DNA from: Daphnia carinata
Taxonomy: Eukaryota
DNA length: 64,000 nucleotides
Direction: 5' to 3'
Assembly (NCBI RefSeq): GCF_022539665.2
Contig: NC_081333.1
Span: 12,028,001 to 12,092,000, forward strand
Shown here piece by piece: positions 39,355 to 52,400 of the stretch. Position 1 is the stretch's first letter. Each line of letters opens with the position of its first letter. Below the pieces are notes generated by a model. It had not been told where the DNA came from, did not search any database, and saw nothing but the letters and a program-made list of their open reading frames with translations. The position numbers and the translations under genes were made by a program.

Positions 39355-40557
39355 TAAAGACGGCTGGTTTAATGAGAAAACTAATAGCTGATTTGAAATC
39401 AGCGTTCAATTTTGATTATACGGTGTGATTTTTGTCGAATTTCAAGAGATGTCGTTTTTGGCCGATTTTGACAAAAGTGAGAAGGCTATAGCCTTCTCAC
39501 TTTTTCATTTTTGGTCAAATTTCAAATTTTGCTTAAAAATACGTGATTTCGATTCAGAATTTAATGACAATCATTGAAATCATGTTTATTTTTCCTTTGG
39601 TGTTATAGTTTTTTAAATAAACGAAAAAAACCAAAGAAAATGAAGACGGTGTGTGGTTTCTGTTGCATCGTGCTAGCGCTGTAGCGTACTGGCGCGCTAG
39701 CATTGTGTCAAATATTCGGTGTATTTCAAAAACGATTAACTTATTGAAAAAAATAGCAGTTTTCCCGGAATCAGCATTCAATTTGGAGTATATTCTGTGA
39801 TATATAACCAATTCCGATGAATGTCAGTTTTTAAAGAAAAATTTTTTAAGCCCGACTAAATAAGCCCTACTAAATAAGACCGTCTAAATAAGCCCGACTT
39901 TTCTTATTTTTTTCGTTTTTTACTTATAATTAAAAAACCATAAGGCCAATTGAAAACTAAATGTGATTTCCGTGATAAGCATTCAAATCTGAATCGAAAT
40001 CATGTATTTTAAGCAAAATTTAAAATTTGACCAAAAATGAAAAAATGAGAAGGGTATAGCCTTCTCACTTTTGTCAAAATCGGCCAAAAATGACATCTCT
40101 TGGAATTCGATGAAAATCAAACAGTATAATCAAAATTTAACGTTGATTTAGAAAAATCCACTCGTTTTCTTGTCAAGTTAGCCGTTTTTGAATTACACCC
40201 AATATTCGTGCAAAAAAAAGAAAAGTCGGGCTTATTTAGTCGAGCTTAAATTTTTTTTCTGCAAAAACCCGCACTCATCGGAATTGGATGAATATCACAG
40301 TATATACTCGAAATTGAATGCTTATTCCGAAAAAAAATGTTATTTCTTTCATTAAGTCAACCGTTTTGGAAATAACCGAATATTTCTGCTGCATTGCGCT
40401 AGCGCTGTAGCGTACTGGCGCGCTAGTATTGTGTCAAATATTCAGTTCATATAGTCTTCCATATAGTATATCACTATCATATAGTCATATATCATCATAT
40501 AGTATATCACTATATCGAACTCTATATGAATCGAATATTTGACAGAAGACTAGCGCG
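39355..40557. mobile_element. Non-autonomous foldback/MITE-like element or composite of elements
   Basis: Long imperfect inverted arms (~39355-39594 with ~39952-40190; ~39711-39912 with ~40212-40386), a 46-bp direct repeat (39672-39717 and 40398-40443) and no coding capacity. Confidence 0.75.
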
Positions 40558-42550
40558 GAATATGAAAATAATAATTAAGCGACCAGAAGGGAATAACACG
40601 TTTTGACATTAGCAGTAATACAAGCGACCTTTAAAAAATGTTGAACAGAGTTTTTTTGATCTTTTTTTTATAAGTTAATAATTTTTATCGAAGACATTTT
40701 CTAATTCATGAGATGTCTTCAATTGCTCCGACGTTTTGGCATTTGAAGTGTCTTTAGTTTTCGACTGTTATGGTCTATTCATAATTCTGTAACCCTGCCA
40801 AAAAAAATATATAATTCTATTATAGAGCTTTCGTTTCATGTTGCATGCATACTGACAGAGTTCTTCCTAGGCGATTGGAAGATACTGTCACATGGACGTT
40901 TTAAATAGAAAAGTGATGTCTCACAGGCTATTTGCATCAAGAACTGGAGGTGTCGGATTGCCAGGAATGTTATTTATTTTCTATTTTTAGCGCATGTCAC
41001 CTAATGAACTCAGAAAGAAAACATTAGGTCCAAGCTAGACATGTGCATTAATAATCCAATTAACAGGTCCCTGCGTTCTGAATCATCCAGCCAAATCAAG
41101 GATGCGTCGAAAAATTAGAAAATAATAAACTATAGAGATGGGCTGATGGCAATTTTTTAGTGCTTTAGCGGTAATGACACATTTTCAAAATAACTATTTT
41201 AACTTCAAAAGATCGAGCATAATGTGTAATCAAGTTAAAACAGATACTGCATTGTTCGCTCTTTCTACATTTGATCTAGAAAGAAGAGTTTGAATATCCA
41301 AGAACTTACTACCTCCTGCTTAATCAGACGAGGCATTAAATGCAGTAATTATTCTGTGTTAATAATTTTTCGCTGAACATGTTGACAACTAATCGAAATG
41401 GTGTTGTCTTGTGTGTGCGTTGCATAACCACGAAAGGCTATTTGGGGAAACGTTGTATATCCAGCGCTTTGTAAACTTCGGCGTGTCTGGTCTTCCTTGG
41501 TTAGTTGGCTGTAAAAAAGCACGAAGCATTCGTTCGGCGAAGAAGCGCGAGGGAGAAGGAAGGACGTTGCTACGGTATACTATGCACTGACAAACAGCTT
41601 ATAGAAATTGAAATGCGATCCACCTCAGCTTCCTTTTCAACAACAACAAAAAAAGATGTTGATTGAGACAATCCTGGAACGATAATCTGCTTGCGCTCGG
41701 CTTCCTTCGCGGTTCTTTCGCTTGTCCTGTTAAGAGTAAAACAACGCCTGTATCTCATCACGTACGTTGCACCAGAGGACCTCACTTCGATTCTTGCTCA
41801 ACAGACTGCCCTCCCCCACTTCTTGCCTCTGCTTATAAGCTAAACACAAACGGCCAACCGGAGAGCTTTTAAAAGTTGGTCTGTCAAACATATACCCGCT
41901 GTTTCTACTAATTGGGTCGATGAAGAAAAAGTACTTTCCCTTTGATTCTTTGTTTCGGTGAACCTATAGCTCTTGACTAGTTCAATCGCCTTCACGGTGA
42001 CACTTGAAAAAAAAAGGCTATAAATTAGCGTATCGGTGTAGCTAATGCTGTGGGCCGGCTCTTTCGGCGTAGGTTACATATTGCAGCTGCATGCGCGACA
42101 AGGCTGCATCCTTTTTCACAGTTTGAGTATAAAAAGATTACGAGTGGGCCGGCTTGTTTGGTGGCCGAGCAGTTGTGGGTGTAGAGAGCGGTGGATGGCT
42201 TTTTTATACCGAGAGAGGAGAGGGACCTTCCTGGAAGCGGCCCGGGAGAGGGTCAGTGGTTAACGAGGGGTACGGACTAGCTTTGACGTGCTTCCACATG
42301 TGCAGTCGGCCCCTTCCATATTCTCATACAGACATACATATATATATGTTGCGCGTCTCACTCACTGCCCGGATAGTGGAGTCCAGGTCAGACCGATCGA
42401 CGGACAAGAATTTCATCTATCCAGAATCATATTGCAGAACTGACAGCGCGTTGAAGACAAGGTATTTTTGACGAAGACTATTTTCTACGAGCGAACGTTC
42501 AGATGGCGTGAAGTGTGATACCCAGTTCATTTTGACCTTCATTCCAGCTG

Positions 42551-45500
42551 ATGTCAATGGGTCGCTCCTTGTCGACGATCGGCTGTTGCGCATTTTTCCC
42601 GTGCCCGAAAGACTTTTGTCAGTGCTCTAACCGCAAGCGGATGCTGGCTTCATTGCTCTTCACTCTCCTCCTCTCCCGACAGTCGGTATTCGCTGCTTCG
42701 TCGTCTTCCTCTTTTGGGTAAGTTGTTTTGCACCTATATGCCTTTTAAACTGTAACACACTTGAGGGAGCAATTACAACCTGATTTCCGGTAAATCCCGA
42801 CTGCTTACGAGACTTTTGATGAACAGATCGGTTGGTAGTGAATGGATTTGTAATTTGAATTTATAGGGATTTGTTTGTGGTGAACAACGTAGTGGATATA
42901 ATCAATAACTGACAGCTGTAAACTACTGTTGCACTCGTTTAATCGGTTGATACACGCAGGATAAACAAAGATAACAATGATAAATGCGATGAAACGTTAT
43001 CGGAAATTTTACTCGGAAAATCACGGGCGTGTTTGTCGATTGCGGTACGGGCGTCAAAACGTCTTAGGAGGTCCCTGTTGCAGCCTTTCAGACGTCATCG
43101 AAAGCTATACGAAGGGTACGGCGCAAGTCGGCAACCAAATACCGGCTGTGTTGATGTTTGGCCGACCATAAAAGTTGGACGCCTCAACACCAAACGAAGT
43201 TTTATGATCCGTTTGGTGGTTTTGGTCTTCGCTGTTTGCCTGATCTGGTCCTGGTCGTCCAGCGCCTAAGCACAGCGGCCGAAAAGTTGCACTCTGTATT
43301 GCCACAGATTCGTTAGATAAATAAGTTCCAAGCTAACCGAAAGAGATTTACTGTTGTATACGCTACTGGCTGTGCGGGCTTCACATCGCGCTACAGGGGG
43401 GAGAGTTTTATTGGCTTTACACACTGCTCTCTTGCGACACACTTCCTACCAGCTTTACGGTTCATGGCCATCTTGGCCACTCCAAAGTCTCTGAATCGGT
43501 ACATTTTTTTTCTGACTCTAAAAAAATAAATCGTAATGCTGCTATTCATACCGTCCACAACGACTTCCCGTACTGTGTGGTTATATTATTAACGTTTAAG
43601 CCATGTCTGTGACTTAAAAAAAAAACTTTTACGCGCTTTCCTTCTTTTCTAGGATCAGCGCACCGGCACCCTTGTCGGGGGAAGCGCTCAGTTTGCCGGA
43701 AGATGTTGCTGGTTCGGCCCGACCAGCTCAGCGGAATGTTAGCGAACGGCAGTCCCCTCCGTACGTAGCGAATAATGTCAACGGAGTGATAGCCAAACAG
43801 CCAAATAATCATCAGCAATCAGCCGATCTTTGCGATAAACTTCACCTAACGCCACGTCAAAAGCAAATGTGTGTTCAAGGCGGAGATGGGCTTGCGGAAA
43901 CGCTTTTAGAAGGTCTGTTTACTTCATTGAGTAATCATCTTTAAATGCTGAGATGTCTTCACAATAGCCATTGTTCTGATTGTGTTTCTATTGTACTGGA
44001 TTACAGCCATCCGCATGTCCGTCTACACATGTCAGCAGCAGTTTGAGTACGAACGATGGAACTGTACACTACACGGCTTCTCTCGTATACTCACGCTAAA
44101 GAAAGGTCAGACATTATCACCATCACTTTGCATGAGCAAGACGCTGAAGCCGTTGTCGATTCACGCATCTTTAATGTTCATTTTACTTGTATACACACGA
44201 AAGCGTACAAGGAAACGGCGGCTTTGTACGCGTTCTCAGCGGCTGGTGTCGCTCACGCAGTTGCACGCGCTTGTGCGGCCGGCCGACTTCGCAAGTGCCA
44301 TTGTGCCGAGGCTGATAACGAAGTTGAAACGCGTCAGACTTGGAGATGGGGTGGTTGTGGCGATAATCTCGCTTACGGACGGTCGTTCGCAATGAAATTT
44401 TTAGACTCTGGTTCGACGGCCAAAGTGCGGCCAAATGGTGGCGGAAAATCTGACTCACGGCCCAGCAGCAATCCCGACAGCAAACTGAACAAAAAGATAA
44501 AAGTAAGTGACCATCATCGAGTAATGAAAAAAAAAATGACATTCGAAAGTGCGATGAAGGTAGCAATGAAATGTCGTCAAGTGGTATGACCTACATTTGA
44601 TTCTTTCCTTCTTGAATCCTTAAACTGAGTGGCATTCTCCTTATGCATAAGAGCTTTTTGCCATTTTTAAATTTTTATTTTTCGCGCATAATAAAACACG
44701 TCTGTTTATTCCGAGACATTTTCTTCGAATCAAACAGATTCCGTCCGAGAATTTTGAAGAGCCTGATGTGTTATGTTAAGCTTTAAAATCGAAGGGCCCA
44801 CGGACCCAACGAACGGCCATAAATGTCTTATCTGTTTACGTCGTGTTTCCCTTTTTTCTTTTCCTATCATTTTTGGCAACAACCAAAGACCCACACAGAT
44901 CATTAGACTGATAGCGTAATATTCCCTATTTTTTTTTTTTTTCCGGGCTCCCTTTTAATTCTTACAATGTCATTTGCCCTTTCAAGCCGAAATATAAGGA
45001 TGACCTCCAAGCCGAAATGGAGGCAGTTTCACGAGCGCTGAGGAGATGGAGGCGCACCATTACCTCCAATACAGCTTTAGCGCATTCCAGTCGGATGAGA
45101 AAGGCGTCGCCATCAATGTCAGCCGAAACGGGCGGCGGAGGCAATTTCGTCGCCAACGGCCCGCATCCCATAAACAAGAGCAAAGCTGGCGGCAAAAAGC
45201 AGAAGAATGAAAGTCAACGTCAACGTATCAATCGCCACAACAACGCTTTCGGCATGAAGGTATTCTTATCTTATTGAATGATCAATTTGTGTTTTTTTAG
45301 GGGGATATCTTTTCACTTTCGTAGCATTTGCCTACCTGTTTTTTTTTTTTATTATTTAAGGCAGGTCCCATCATTTTCTCTAAATTCTATTTTAGCCCAT
45401 TTTTCTAGTTTTTTTTTCTCTTTCCCGTTTATGCGTTGCTCCGAAAAATCCCGTCAATAAAAAAAAAAGAAAGAATAATTCAGCCCAACCTTTGTTGTTT

Positions 45501-46408
45501 TGGAATTCAGGTAGTCTTTATTTACATTTATATGAGGAAGAGGTACAAACATCAGGAAGCCCCAAATCTTGGAATTTAATTCTTCTGCGCATCCATGCAG
45601 ACAGACTGCCTAAGACAGAGATTTCAGTTCAAACCATCCATAGAATTCATCAGCGCGATAATAACAGCATAGAATCAGTATTTTTGATAAACGACAGGCT
45701 GACTGAGATTTATTAAAAACCCAAGAACCATCTGGAAATTGTTAATCATTGAGTTCTAAAAATAGGCACTGATCTTGCCCTAAATACAAATCATAATAAT
45801 TTTTTTTCTTACCTCTTTCTATCCGTTTAAAGGTGGTGGAGCAGTTGGTGAAACGAACGTGCAAATGCCACGGTGCCAGTGGTTCGTGTTCGGTAAAAAC
45901 GTGCTGGAATCAATTGGCTGTTTTCAGCGAAACGGCGGCTGTCATCAAGAGCAAGTACGACAGTGCCGTTCAGGTCAACGTCGAGATTCGTGAAAATTCG
46001 AGCCACTTGAAGAAGGAGCCTCCTTCTCCCAAGAATCAAGAGAGCAATCGCATACTTCCTCAGAGCCGGGCTAAAAAAGGAACAGATCAAGCGGATGATG
46101 CGAACGCAGCAGCTGCGCTGGCGAGAAACGGCGGCAGCGGATCGGTGCAAGCGGCCGACCGAATCGACCGGAAGGAGATGATCTATCAACAGAGATCACC
46201 GGATTTCTGCGTGGCCAATCCGCTCGGTCCCGGAACGGCGGATCGCCAATGTTTGCGCGGTGAGAATTGCGATATCCTTTGTTGCGGACGCGGCTACAAC
46301 GTGCACCGGCTAACCGTCTCAGCGCCGTGCAAATGCAAACTCGTCCTCGATTATCAAGTGGAATGTCAAACATGTTTAGTGGAGAAGACCATCCACACTT
46401 GCAAATGA
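42551..46408 (+). CDS. Wnt9: Wnt9 family ligand
   Basis: Exons 42551 (or 42641)-42717, 43653-43912, 44007-44105, 44204-44502, 44987-45259 and 45833-46408 join in frame. Signal peptide MLASLLFTLLLSRQSVFA. Motifs CDKLHL..RQKQMC, CQQQFEYERWNC, KETA, WRWGGCGDN, CKCHGASGSC and SPDFC. The short GTADRQC..ENCDILCCGRG spacing is typical of the Wnt9 subfamily. Confidence 0.92.
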
Positions 46409-49400
46409 TTCGGTGATTGGGTGGGGGCATCAACAATATAATTTTAAAAAATCGGATATATTAAACCTTATTTATCGAAGCTTACAGAAATAAAAGTAGG
46501 ATTTGGCATACTAGCCTATACCCTTAAAAAAATAATTTAAAAAATTTTGGCTGATATTTTTTGGCGATGGTGTGGCAGTGGACAGGTAGTTCTTGTTCAG
46601 TTGATGAGTTTATTAATTATTATGATACGCGGCTGTCTATGTATATCTACATCGTTTGAATTGAATCACATTTTTTAGTTTCATTTTCAACATTCAGATG
46701 GCAGGAAACTTTCTTTTTTGGGTTTTATTCCCGATAAAGATTTTCGTGGAAGGATAGAACTAAAAGATAACTAGGATGAAGAATAAATTATGTTTTTTTT
46801 TTCTTGAATGTGAATACATTCTAGAAGTCAACGCGAACGATATCGCCAATTTGATTGTCAACTGCGCGCATACAACAGCCATAGCAAATGTTTGATTTGA
46901 TTTTGGATTTTATTAAAACCGAATGTATTTAATATTTGTTGGCTTGTTTCGCTAGATGGCAGCTAAGTTATCGTTGCCTTTCCAAATTCCATCATAACAA
47001 ACTGCTTCATTGTTCGGTGACTACAATACAAACGGTATATAATGCTCTCCCTTCATCAGCGCTTGAACGAAGCGTGTCAACAATTGCACTTATATTTCCC
47101 TGACATGCTTGTTATGTGTCCCTTATCATGGTCAACTAAGTAAGAATCCCTTACACGCATGTTTATTGCCCACATAACAAATAATACGCGAATAGAACAA
47201 ATGAAGAGAGAAGCCCCCGTTTTTAATGCGCGTCTTTGTTTTCCCTCCTTCTTCCGCCGCTGGTTCGGCCCGCTTGTGTCTCTCTGTGCTTTTGGTTTCG
47301 CTAAAAACATAGTCCAATAAAAGAAAAATACAAAATATTCTGTACAACACACAAAATATAAAAAAAAAGAGATAATAAACAAAGGAAGAGGGACGGCCGT
47401 GGGTATGAAACGGAACGCGCATGTCCGTCTTTTCTTCCTGCATGCCCAAAAATAAATAGATACAACCACTTCCAGCTGTTGCCAAACCCTTGGATTTGGT
47501 CACTCGGAAGAAAATAGGGACACAATAAATTGGCAAGCATTTAAAAGAAAATGGTGAGGGAGGATGGATGGACAATAGAAGAAAAAGGGCGACGCTCATC
47601 ACCCTCCTTCCGCCTCACCTTTATAACGGGCGTGTGCCGCTTGATTAGTTCGCTGGTATTTCACCTCAGCCACGCACGACCCCTCCGCCCGACAGCTTTC
47701 GGTTCAACAGGATTTGAAGAGTATCATCCTCACAACCTATTTCATGTATAGAATATGGGATTCGACCAATAATAAACTGTTTGGATCCTCAACCTTAATC
47801 CCGGCTTCAATGGATCGATGGACTCGGAGATCAGACTGTTGCTCATCTTGACAAACATGCGATCCGACTTGTTTTTCAAGCCAATGTGAAACAAAAGAGA
47901 CTCGTCTTATTGTTGTACAGATATACCTGCTCTAATTCCGTCAATCGCGGAATGTGCCGATACTTCTGTACATCTGCAATTGTCAGCCGATCTACAAACA
48001 ATGTCGAACTAAAGCTTTAGACGGCCTATTCAGCAATCAGCTTTTGTGCGTTTGTACAATTTGTACGTACACATGTACGTACAACACGTCCAGCCAGCCT
48101 ATACACATCGATACAATCCAATGTGTGTGTGAAGAAAGAAGATTAAAAATCGCTTCTTTTTTCATGAAACCGAAGCGACTTAGATATTTGTTTCATTCTT
48201 CTTTTGTTTGCTCAAAACTATTGGAGCGCATGAAAGAAAAACTACTAAAATGGTTCGCGTCCAGGCCTATGGGTTCATCAGCATCATCAATCGTGCGGTG
48301 AAAATTTAGCTGGGCGAGTGGTTAAGAGGCTTGTACGGGGCCCACTCTCCAATTGTTAAGTGTTAAACTCGTTGGTAAGTGTGGGTGGGAGGAATTGAGA
48401 TATTATTGAAGAAGAAGAAAAAGAAGACAACACGCGGAGGGGTAGAAAAACAAAAATGGGGAAATGAAGATGAGATAGTGAGAGAGAGAATTGGAATTGA
48501 CGAGGGCCCGCGCCTTCTTCTTCTTCTCCTTGTGTTTTGAGCCGCCTTTTGAGGTTCGTTTTTTTCTTCTTCTTTTCTTTCTTTCTTTCTCCCCTCTATT
48601 CTGTGATTAGCAGCTAATAGAGTCATCGGTGCCTAGTGCGTGGGGGGTCTTACCTATGCGAAGTCCAGCGCTACACACCTTCAGTTTTTGGGCTGGAATA
48701 TATTAAAAGAGAGACCAAAGCTTTTCTGCACTACACTTTGCTCTACTATGACTGGCAACAGTATGTCCTGGAGTTCACCTATGCATGAACGGGGGCCCTG
48801 GGTTCTTCACCTTTCCAGTTTTATTTTTTTTTTCGCTCTTGGTCGGTACGAAAAACGCAGACAGAAAGGAGGGAAATGAGAGAAAAAGAAAACCAGGTGC
48901 GGACTGATGGATAGTCGAAGCGTTGAAAAACTGCGCGCATTCCACGGCTCTTTTTGCTCCCTCCTTCTTTCTCCTCCCACCTTTTCTATCGGGGGGATCG
49001 CCGGAGCTGCTCCGGAGCACCACAGAGAGAACGGAAACACTGGCAAAAGCCACACCATTTCAACCGATATCGAAAAAATAAAACCACGAGGAAATGAGCC
49101 GAGAAAAAAAAAAAGAGAAAGAAAGATGCACCACGTATATAAGAGGTTCCCTTTCACATCTATATTTATAACGGCAGGTAATGTTAGGCCTCCTCTTTTC
49201 TTCTCTTCTTTCTCGCTCGTTTGAATCCTCCGCCTCTTCTTCTTCCACTGAGACCCCCGTCTCTCTCTCTCTTTTTCGGAGCTGCCACACGGATGGACGC
49301 TGCTGGACGCTGATGTGGGGCCCTTTTGAGCCTTTCTATCGCCTTCTCACTCACCCTATAGCCTTTTTTTTTCTTCTTTTCCCTTACATTATATCCTATC

Positions 49401-52400
49401 GAGCAAGCACATTATAACAACCTCCCTGTCTGTCTGAGCTGCACAAAGATACATCTATTTCCAGTAGGTGTGTTTTGCACCCCGAGTTCTTTTTTTTTCC
49501 GAGACGGGGGGTTTTTCGCGCGCGGTCCCTACCGAAAATGATGGGGGCCTGACCGTGTTCTCAACTATTCAAAAATGACCACCCAATAGACTTTTGGTAT
49601 ACATACATATATATATATATATATATACAACAGTAATAGTATAACTGATGAAAGGTAAAAAGAAAAGGAAGGACTTGGTGGGGGTCCTGGTGCGCTCCCA
49701 TTCACCTTTAAAAAAAGCAGACAAACAGCCGCAGAGAAAGAGAGCTCAATCGACGGCGTTCACTGCCCTTTCATTTAGACCTATAACAGCCGGCCCGGAG
49801 AAAAGAAGGAAAGAGAGAAAAGCATTCAAATAAAATGAGAGAGAGAGAAAAAAAAGTGATAATAATAATAAAGGGAGGCAGCTGTCTTTCCGCCAAAGAG
49901 GAAATATGTATATATGTTCGATAGGAGACTGGAATACATCCATAAACAATCGACGCATGTCTATCGATTCGCATAAAAAGACACGTTTGAATTGCACCGG
50001 TCAAAGTAACTGATTGAATTCTTCATCTCTTTTTTTTTTTTTTTCGTGCGTTTGTAAATCACGAAATAAAACTTCTGGGACTGATCACGATTTCAGTCCG
50101 CGACACGTAGACATAATTCTGGGATGGAAAAAAACTGTGCAAATGCGTGATGCTCTGATGGCAGGGTAGAAATTGAAAAAAAAAATAAAGAAAAATAAAA
50201 AAGATAAGAAAAAAAAAAATCTGGAAATACCGAGACACTCAAGAATGAAGAAGTGAGCAGAGTGGAGCATTCGTTCGTGATTGGTGGGATTAGTTAAAAA
50301 AAGAAAATAAAAAAACCGGAGATTTTTGCCTTTGAAAAGAAGGAAAACAAAGTTTTTGGCCGGAGGAAGAATGAAGAAAAAAGAAACGCGGCGTGTTTCA
50401 CACACACACAGACAGCTGAGAGGCAAGTATTGCAGGTAAATAGTCTAAGTATATACTTTGCGAGTTAAGCGGGCGAGTCAAGTCCGACCGCAAAAAGTGG
50501 TTGCTCTCACCTAACAGCCACACACGGCGGGATTTGAACGCAACTTCTTTAGTTACTTTACTTATACCTTGTAACTTCATCCCTTTGGCGTTTGCACCGG
50601 CCCTCATCGCATGTGAAGAGGTCGTCTCTCATTTTGAATATATGAAACTTTAAATAACTGAAACCTCCGGTATCGGCATGAGGGTTTCTTTTCTGTTTGT
50701 TTTTGTTTCCGCTCGAGTAAGTTACAGGTGAATAGCAGAGCCTATTGTCTATGTAATTCAGCTTTTCTAACATGTGGATGTATACTGTTTTTTTCGCATT
50801 GTTTTGTCAAAGACTTCTCAGGACTGATGAGAAAGCTCACAACACTTGTCACAACAACACCCTGCCTTTTTCTGTATCCTAGACGTTTTTCATAGTTCTC
50901 ATTATAGAGGCGACGAAGACAAACCCGAAAACGTGTTATCTCTTTTACTTGGTTGCTCGTGCACATTCACAATTTTTTGAAGACAAAAAAAGAAATGCAT
51001 ATTCAGCTTACTGGGGTTTGTCGAATAGAATTGGAAGGAAGACAACAAGGACTATCTGAAATTAAAGAAAAAACAAAACAAATCCGATGAAAGAATGTTG
51101 AAGAATTAAAAAAAAACAAGAGAAATACCAAAGAGTTCTTTATATTCTTGGCCAGGTTTACCAACTGTCGGAAGTTCTTCCTATCTATAGGGCCGTATAC
51201 AATGTACAAGCATTAAAGTTAGTACCTATAAGACCATCGTGGTAGGGTCCTCCTGCCAGATGAACAAAAGGAAGATGATCGTTCCTCTTCATCCGCATAC
51301 ATACTGACGATAAAAGATAAAGACTTTATACGAACGGGATAATAAGACGACCATTCTCTACCCCCCCCCCCCCCCCCCCAAAAAAAAAAAAAAGAAAGAA
51401 AAAAAAACAGCAGGTGAGGTATGAAGAACCAACATGTGCGGGATGACTGTTGTAACAGGAGTTTGAGAGAGGTAGGAAAAGAAAAAAGAACAATCTAATG
51501 ATGGCATCATCATCTTGTAATGGCGACTACCTACCCTTGGCTAATACAAGTAGTTCGTTCGTATAGACTCTTTAATAGGCGAATGCGTAGAGGATGATGA
51601 GCCTCTTACAGAATAGCTCCATCGGAACGAGGAACTCTTGGGGGCTAATGTGCACCAGCCAAAGAACATCGAACATTGTCCCACGTGAATTTCGATTGCA
51701 GTTGTTTTTATTTATTTCTTTATGCATTTTTGTTTTTGCGCCTATGGAAGAATGCGAGGGGGGGGGGGGGGATGTTATTAGATTTGGAAGGGGGGGACCG
51801 CTATCAAACTAATTTGCAGGCGGTGGGTCTGACGCGCGAGACCATTTAACTACACAACTTCACGTCGCCTTTTTTCACAGCCATCCGAAAATGAGGAGCC
51901 CAGTTAGACCCACAGCGCGGGTTTCTTTCTTACGAATAGAATGTTATGCATCTACTACGCGTATACCGGCTAAAAAGAAACGAAGAGGGAAGAAAACAAA
52001 GGTCATCAACAAGAGCCGCGCACGCACCGTGTCTTTTACGTGTGCGTGAGTCCCTTATAACTCGTGTGATGGCTCTCTTTACGTTTAGACGGTTACGGTG
52101 TGTATACATCATTCTCATCTCTTGTCGGTTGAAATTTAAAAAAATAGTTGAGGTTCTTCTTGGTGTCGTTTGAACCCTCATTTTCCACCAACAGTTTTTC
52201 TTTTCTCATCAACAGACATTTCGTTTTTTCAAAACGCCATGGGGCACAACATGTAAATGAAGACATGAAGAGAGCAAACCCAATCTGACGGTAGACACGG
52301 CCACTCTTTTTCTTATTTTTCTCCACCCTCTTCTCCCTCCTCTAATGTATTTACGTGTAGATGCCGTGTGTGTGTGTGCTCTCCTCCTCTCGTCTCATTG

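Noticed and set aside
48310..48345. tRNA A-box-like TGGGCGAGTGGTTAAG
   Set aside because: No B box or cloverleaf follows.
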